A stretch of DNA of 32,000 nucleotides, taken from contig NZ_JBHSTI010000008.1 in NCBI RefSeq assembly GCF_042660085.1, positions 60,001 through 92,000 on the forward strand, read 5' to 3'. The DNA comes from Longivirga aurantiaca. GTDB lineage: Bacteria > Actinomycetota > Actinomycetes > S36-B12 > CAIYMF01. Below, piece by piece: positions 27,082-32,000 of this stretch (its first letter is position 1; each line of letters starts with the position of its first letter). The notes below the pieces were generated by a model that was not told the DNA's origin, searched no databases, and worked only from the letters and a program-made list of their open reading frames with translations. A program made the translations under genes and the position numbers.

Positions 27082-28748
27082 TCCGGCTCCCGCGGCGCCT
27101 CGCCGCGTCCGCGCCAGGATGGACGATCGAGGTCGACGTCGTGGTCGTCGGGTCCGGCGTCGCGGGCCTGACCACCGCGCTGCACGCGCGTGCCGCGGGC
27201 TACCGCGTGCTCATCGTGACCAAGGCCCAGGTGGACGAGGGCTCGACCCGGTGGGCGCAGGGCGGTATCGCCGCTGCGCTCTCGCCCGACGACTCGCCCG
27301 CCGAGCACGAGGTCGACACCCTCGTCGCCGGTGCGGGCCTCTGCGATCCCGGAGCCGTGCACGCGCTCGTGACCGAGGGGCCCGACGCCGTACGACGCCT
27401 CATCGCGCTCGGCGCGCGCTTCGACACCGACGAGAGCGGCGACATCGCCCTCACCCGCGAGGGCGGGCACCTGCGCGACCGCATCGCGCACGCGGGCGGC
27501 GACGCCACGGGCGCGGAGATCTCGCGTGCTCTCGTCGCTGCGGTGGCGGGCAGGGCCGGCATCCGCGTGATCGAGAACGCGCTCGCGCTCGACCTGCTCG
27601 TCGACGACCACGGTGCCGCCCAGGGCCTGACCCTGCACGTGATGGGCGAGGGACAGCACGACGGTGTCGGCGCCGTGCTCGCACCGGCCGTCGTCCTCGC
27701 GACCGGCGGGCTCGGCCAGGTCTTCAGCCTGTCGACCAACCCGGCCGTCGCGACCGGCGACGGCGTCGCGGTCGCCCTGCGCGCGGGTGCCGCGGTGGCC
27801 GACCTCGAGTTCGTGCAGTTCCACCCCACGGTCCTCTGGACCGGCACCGGTGCCGAGGGGCAGCAGCCACTCGTGAGCGAGGCCGTGCGCGGCGAGGGCG
27901 CGGTGCTGCGCGACGACGCCGGGGTCGCGTTCATGCAGGGGCAGCACCCGCTCGCCGACCTCGCCCCGCGCGACGTCGTGGCGAAGGCGATCATGCGCCG
28001 CATGCGCGAGACGGGCGCCAAGCACGTGTGGCTCGATGCCCGCGAGTTCGGCACCGAGATGTGGGAGAGGCGGTTCCCCACGATCCTCGCCTCGCTCCGC
28101 GAGATCGGCGTCGACCCGAGCAAGGAGCTCATCCCCGTCGCACCGGCGCAGCACTACGCGTCGGGCGGTGTGCGCACCGACGCCTACGGGCGCTCGTCGG
28201 TCCGCGGCCTGTACGCCGTGGGCGAGTGCGCCTGCACCGGCGTCCACGGCGCCAACCGGCTCGCGTCCAATTCGCTCCTCGAGGGGCTCGTCTTCGCATC
28301 GCGGATCGGCGACGTCCTCGCCGAGGGTCTGCCCGAGCGCCGCGACCCGGTCGCACCGAGCGCGGACGGCGTGCTCATGAGCGAGGCCGCCCGCCGCTCG
28401 ATCCAGGTCGCGATGACCGAGGGCGTGGGCGTGCTGCGCTCGCGCGACTCGATGTCGACCACGCTCGGCGTCCTCGACGCCCTCGCGTCCAGCGTCACCG
28501 GCGACCCGCGCACCAAGGCGTGGGAGACCACCAACCTCCACGCTGTGGCCACCGTGCTCGCCGCGAACGCCAAGATGCGCAAGGAGACCCGCGGGTCGCA
28601 CTGGCGCGAGGACTACCCCGACACTGACGACGCCAGCTGGCACGTGCGGCTCGTGTCGCGGCTCGACGACGACGGCGTGCTCGTGACCGTGCGCGAGGAC
28701 GTGCCGCAGCCGGATGAGGGCGTGAAGGAGGAGCAGGCATGGGCCTGA
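27078..28748 (+). CDS. nadB: L-aspartate oxidase
   Basis: VDVVVVGSGVAGLTTALHAR, GSTRWAQGGIAAALSPDDSPAEHEVDTLVAGAGLCDP, TREGGHLRDRIAHAGGDATG, HYASGGVRTDAYGRSSVRGLYAVGECACTGVHGANRLASNSLLEGLVF. Confidence 0.97.
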   Translation: MIRLPRRLAASAPGWTIEVDVVVVGSGVAGLTTALHARAAGYRVLIVTKAQVDEGSTRWAQGGIAAALSPDDSPAEHEVDTLVAGAGLCDPGAVHALVTEGPDAVRRLIALGARFDTDESGDIALTREGGHLRDRIAHAGGDATGAEISRALVAAVAGRAGIRVIENALALDLLVDDHGAAQGLTLHVMGEGQHDGVGAVLAPAVVLATGGLGQVFSLSTNPAVATGDGVAVALRAGAAVADLEFVQFHPTVLWTGTGAEGQQPLVSEAVRGEGAVLRDDAGVAFMQGQHPLADLAPRDVVAKAIMRRMRETGAKHVWLDAREFGTEMWERRFPTILASLREIGVDPSKELIPVAPAQHYASGGVRTDAYGRSSVRGLYAVGECACTGVHGANRLASNSLLEGLVFASRIGDVLAEGLPERRDPVAPSADGVLMSEAARRSIQVAMTEGVGVLRSRDSMSTTLGVLDALASSVTGDPRTKAWETTNLHAVATVLAANAKMRKETRGSHWREDYPDTDDASWHVRLVSRLDDDGVLVTVREDVPQPDEGVKEEQAWA

Positions 28749-29647
28749 GCAGCGGAGTGGTCGCGGCCCTCGAGGACGCCGGCCTCGACCCGGCCTACGT
28801 CGAGGCGCTCGTGCGCGCCACGGTGGCGGAGGACCTCGACGGCGGAGTCGACGTCACGTCGGCCGCGACGGTGCCGGCCGACCAGCGCTCGACCCTCGAC
28901 CTGGTCGTGCGCGGCACCGGTGTCTCGGCGGGTGCGCCCGTCGCTGCGGCAGTCTTCGACGCGGTGTCCGACGGCGACGCCACGGTGTCGGTCGTGACGC
29001 CCGACGGCACGCGCGTGGGGCACGGCGACGTCCTCGTGACGGCACAGGGCCGCACCCGCGACTTGCTCACCGCGGAGCGCACCGCGCTCAACCTGCTCTG
29101 CCACCTGTCGGGCGTCGCGACGGCGACCGCGCTGTGGGCCGACGCGCTCGAGGGCACCGGCGCGAAGGTGCGCGACACCCGCAAGACCACGCCGGGGCTG
29201 CGCGTGCTCGAGAAGTACGCCGTGCGCTGCGGCGGCGGCGTCAACCACCGCATGTCCCTGTCCGACGCCGCGCTCGTCAAGGACAACCACGTCGTCGCGG
29301 CGGGCGGTGTGGCCGCTGCGTTCGAGGCCGTGCGCGCGATGTTCCCCGGCCTCGCCGTCGAGGTGGAGGTCGACTCCCTCGGCCAGCTCACCGAGGTGCT
29401 CGACGCCGGTGCCGACCTCGTGCTGCTCGACAACTTCAAGCCCGACCAGATGCGGCTCGCGGTCGGCATCGCCCGCGAGCACGCCCTCGCCCACGGCCAC
29501 GAGCGCGCCCTGCTCGAGGCGTCCGGCGGCCTCACCCTCCCCGACGCCGCCGAGGTCGGTGCCACCGGCGTCGACTACATCGCGGTCGGGGCGCTCACCC
29601 ACTCCGCTCCCGTGCTCGACGTCGGAGCCGACCTCAGACCCCTGTAG
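28739..29647 (+). CDS. nadC: Nicotinate-nucleotide pyrophosphorylase (carboxylating)
   Basis: EDLDGGVDVTSAATVPADQRS, LLTAERTALNLLCHLSGVATATALW, DTRKTTPGLRVLEKYAVRCGGGVNHRMSLSDAALVKDNH, EVEVDSLGQLTEVLDAGADLVLLDN, LEASGGLTLPDAAEVGATGVDYIAVGALTHSAP. Confidence 0.97.
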   Translation: MGLSSGVVAALEDAGLDPAYVEALVRATVAEDLDGGVDVTSAATVPADQRSTLDLVVRGTGVSAGAPVAAAVFDAVSDGDATVSVVTPDGTRVGHGDVLVTAQGRTRDLLTAERTALNLLCHLSGVATATALWADALEGTGAKVRDTRKTTPGLRVLEKYAVRCGGGVNHRMSLSDAALVKDNHVVAAGGVAAAFEAVRAMFPGLAVEVEVDSLGQLTEVLDAGADLVLLDNFKPDQMRLAVGIAREHALAHGHERALLEASGGLTLPDAAEVGATGVDYIAVGALTHSAPVLDVGADLRPL

Positions 29648-29704
29648 ATCCCCGACGACGGCGTCCCACCCGCGCGGGGGGCGACCACGAACCAGGAGAC
29701 CCGC

Positions 29705-30459
<755 letters not shown>

Positions 30460-30463
<4 letters not shown>

Positions 30464-31209
30464 GGGCGCGTCCAGCGGTACGTCGCCGTCACGTACGGGA
30501 ACTCGACCACGGCGCGGCCGCGCGTCTGCGGGTGCGTGGCCATGAGCTCGCGCACCGCGGCGTACAGGTCGTCGGCGTCCTCGCGCAGGTAGACGTAGGA
30601 GTACGTCGAGACCAGGCCGACCACCTGGTCGGGGGTCATGAGCACGGTGTGCGGGATGTCGGCGCGCACGACTCCGGGGTGCACGGCGTCGATCGCCTCG
30701 AACGCCTCCGTGCGGTTGGAGCGGAACGAGTCGCCGCCGTCGACGATGTCCGACAGCGCATCCATCCACGGCACGCGGGTGTCGCGGGTGTTCCAGACCA
30801 GCACGACGACGCCGCCTGGGCGCAGCACGCGCGTGAACTCCGCGGCAGCGGCCGGCGCGTCGAACCAGTGCCAGGCCTGGGCCGCGGTGACGGCGTCCAA
30901 CGACGCATCCGGTAGCGGGAGGGACTCGGCCGGCGCCTGGGCGCGCAGCACGCCGGGCAGGGCCGCGCCGAGCTGCTCGAGCATCCCGGCGTCGGGCTCG
31001 TAGGCGCGGACGTCGAGCCCGAGATCGACCAGCGAACGGGTGAGCAGGCCGGTGCCCGCGCCGACGTCGGCGACGTCGCGGACCGTGCGCGTGGCGCCGT
31101 GCAGGCCCCAGACGAGGGCGTACGCCGGGTAGCCCGGGCGCAGGGCGTCGTACCGGTCGGCCGAGGCCCCGAAGGAGAGGCGGCGGTCGGCGTAGCTGGG
31201 CTCGGTCAC
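30460..31209 (-). CDS. Class I SAM-dependent methyltransferase
   Basis: [96 protein letters not shown]. Confidence 0.93.
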
Positions 31210-31263
31210 GCCGCGACGTTATCCCTGCGAAGCGCGCTTCGGGGCCCCGATAACCTTGCGCGC

Positions 31264-32000
31264 ATGACTGACCAGCCCGCCGTGCCCGTCGATGCCGAGG
31301 ACGACCTCCCCGAGCAGATCCGGGTCCGCCGGGACAAGCGCCAGCGCCTCCTCGACTCCGGCCAGGACGCCTACCCCGTCTCGGTGCCGCGCACGCACTC
31401 CATCGCCGACGTCCGAGCGGCCCACCCCGGTCTCGAGCCCGACACCGCCACCGGCGAGATCGTCTCGGTCGCCGGTCGCGTGATCTTCGTGCGCAACACC
31501 GGCAAGCTCTGCTTCGCCACCCTGCGCGCCGGCGGCGGCGCCGAGATCCAGGCGATGCTCTCGCTCGACAAGGTGGGCGAGGACCGCCTCGCGGCGTGGA
31601 AGTCCGACGTCGACCTCGGTGACCACGTCAGCGTGACCGGCGAGGTCATCACATCGCGCCGCGGCGAGCTCTCGATCCTGGCCGACTCGTGGCTGCTCGC
31701 GGCGAAGACGCTGCGTCCGCTCCCGGTCGAGCACAAGCCGCTCGCGGAGGAGACCCGTGTGCGGCAGCGGTACGTCGACCTCGTCGTCCGCCCTCAGGCC
31801 CGCGAGGTCGCGCGCCTGCGCATCGCGGTGGTCGCCTCGCTGCGCGAGAGCTTCGCGCGCCGTGGCTTCCTCGAGGTCGAGACGCCGATGCTGCAGACGC
31901 TGCACGGTGGCGCCACCGCCCGGCCGTTCGTCACGCACTCCAACGCCTTCGACATGGACCTCTACCTGCGCATCGCGCCCGAGCTGTTCCTCAAGCGCTG
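31264..32000 (+). CDS. lysS: Lysyl-tRNA synthetase (class II), truncated by the window end
   Basis: [123 protein letters not shown]. Confidence 0.96.
   Translation, partial: MTDQPAVPVDAEDDLPEQIRVRRDKRQRLLDSGQDAYPVSVPRTHSIADVRAAHPGLEPDTATGEIVSVAGRVIFVRNTGKLCFATLRAGGGAEIQAMLSLDKVGEDRLAAWKSDVDLGDHVSVTGEVITSRRGELSILADSWLLAAKTLRPLPVEHKPLAEETRVRQRYVDLVVRPQAREVARLRIAVVASLRESFARRGFLEVETPMLQTLHGGATARPFVTHSNAFDMDLYLRIAPELFLKR

Overview
The window is a GC-rich, actinobacterial-type chromosomal segment, most like Cellulomonadaceae/Micrococcales by gene content and order (lineage is inferred). It carries almost entirely housekeeping genes. In order: a truncated amylosucrase-type GH13 gene, ppa(-), PBP4-type D-Ala-D-Ala carboxypeptidase, DUF2342-type zinc metalloprotease, tilS-hpt, ftsH-folE-folP-folB-folK-DUF3180, a small conserved-looking ORF, a two-component system (-), a small secreted acidic protein, a Pro/Ala/Gln-rich protein, a standalone cyclic-nucleotide-binding-domain protein, a hemerythrin-domain protein (-), an orphan nuoD-like gene (-), a ydbS/ydbT-like pair of PH-domain membrane proteins, an orphan MalG-type ABC permease (-), a VOC protein (-), a DUF222/HNH gene, a MidA-type methyltransferase (-), Rossmann/DUF2520-panC-nadB-nadC-coaX, a SAM methyltransferase (-), and the start of lysS. 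I found no CRISPR array, prophage, toxin-antitoxin or obvious new defence system. The best second-look signals are regulatory or structural: (1) a dispersed intergenic inverted-repeat element present twice (about 11.4 kb and 24.06 kb, 51-bp colinear copies, 42/51 identical), both times between convergent genes; (2) a CTTGGACG direct repeat at 11-bp spacing in the divergent promoter of an OmpR-family response regulator; (3) an SOS/LexA-box-like sequence inside the promoter of the DUF222/HNH gene; (4) an orphan NuoD-like protein and a MidA/NDUFAF7-like methyltransferase in the same neighbourhood. I do not claim a new system from this sequence alone.
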